From contig NC_043011.1 of the NCBI RefSeq assembly GCF_006345805.1, positions 43,722,464 through 43,786,463 on the forward strand: a stretch of 64,000 nt of DNA. Reading direction: 5' to 3'. The DNA is from Octopus sinensis. Its lineage: Eukaryota. Within the stretch, counting starts at the first letter, position 1. Every line of letters begins with the position of its first letter. Below are positions 63,536 to 64,000 of this stretch, piece by piece. Both the position numbers and the translations under genes were made by a program. The notes under the pieces are model-generated. The model saw only the letters and a list, made by a program, of their open reading frames with translations, made no database searches and had not been told where the DNA came from.

Positions 63536-64000
63536 CTGTTGGGAAAACAAAAATGCAGAGTAAGACTATTTTTGACTATGTAGATCAATGCTCCGCTACC
63601 TTTTTTTCACTTGTGGTACACTTATATTCTTTTCAAAATTCGGTGGCACACCTGAACTAAAAATATAGGGAAAAAACTTATATTCAGGTTACACGGTGGA
63701 ACACCTAGCATCGTCTCTTGGCACATCAATGTGCCGCGACATACCAGTTGTGGTACATTTATATTCTTTTTAAAATTCAGCAACACACCTGAACTAGAAA
63801 TATAACTAAAAATATAGGGAAAAAACTATATTCAAGTTACACTGTGGCACACCTAGCATCGTCAGTTGGTCAGTGTCTGTCAAACCGTCCAACGCATGCC
63901 AGCATGTAACTGATGTTACATGATGAAGATGATGATGATGATGATGATGATGATTAGCTCCGTCTCTCCATCAAATCAACATTACCTGTACAGGTGCGTT

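Noticed and set aside
63611-63862. About 140-bp tandem duplicate as a regulatory repeat
   Set aside because: Contains a hAT-MITE-like subterminal motif (GTGCCGCG.CA.ACCAGTTG); most simply duplicated transposon debris.

Overview
AT-rich, microsatellite-saturated animal DNA. The SINE/LINE repertoire resembles that of Octopus; this taxon is inferred from recalled repeat families and was not checked. Almost every ORF in the supplied track is a microsatellite or SINE artefact. Splicing by hand gives three coding units. (1) The last five exons of an ACTMAP/C19orf54 actin maturation protease gene (+, 1407-10259), with a U12-type GT-AG intron at 6252-6674. (2) A four-exon, phase-consistent gene for an unrecognised 206-aa membrane protein (+, 28535-43495) with a signal peptide, furin-like site, 14-aa repeat and TM segment; X-box-like, E-box and CRE motifs lie upstream. 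(3) A probable terminal exon of a minus-strand gene (63389-63535). The rest is transposon debris: several tRNA-derived SINE families, some in self-targeted tandem arrays; R4/Dong, L1/Tx1, CR1 and RTE LINE 3' ends; a decayed full-length mariner; a deleted pogo/Tigger; hAT-, piggyBac-, Merlin- and Sola-like MITEs; and a Helitron-like element. Several long fold-backs sit in (TA)n/(TAA)n tracts, look like Penelope-type pseudo-LTR inversions, and carry minimal, partly non-canonical hammerhead ribozyme motifs. All coordinates were counted by eye; repeat boundaries are approximate.
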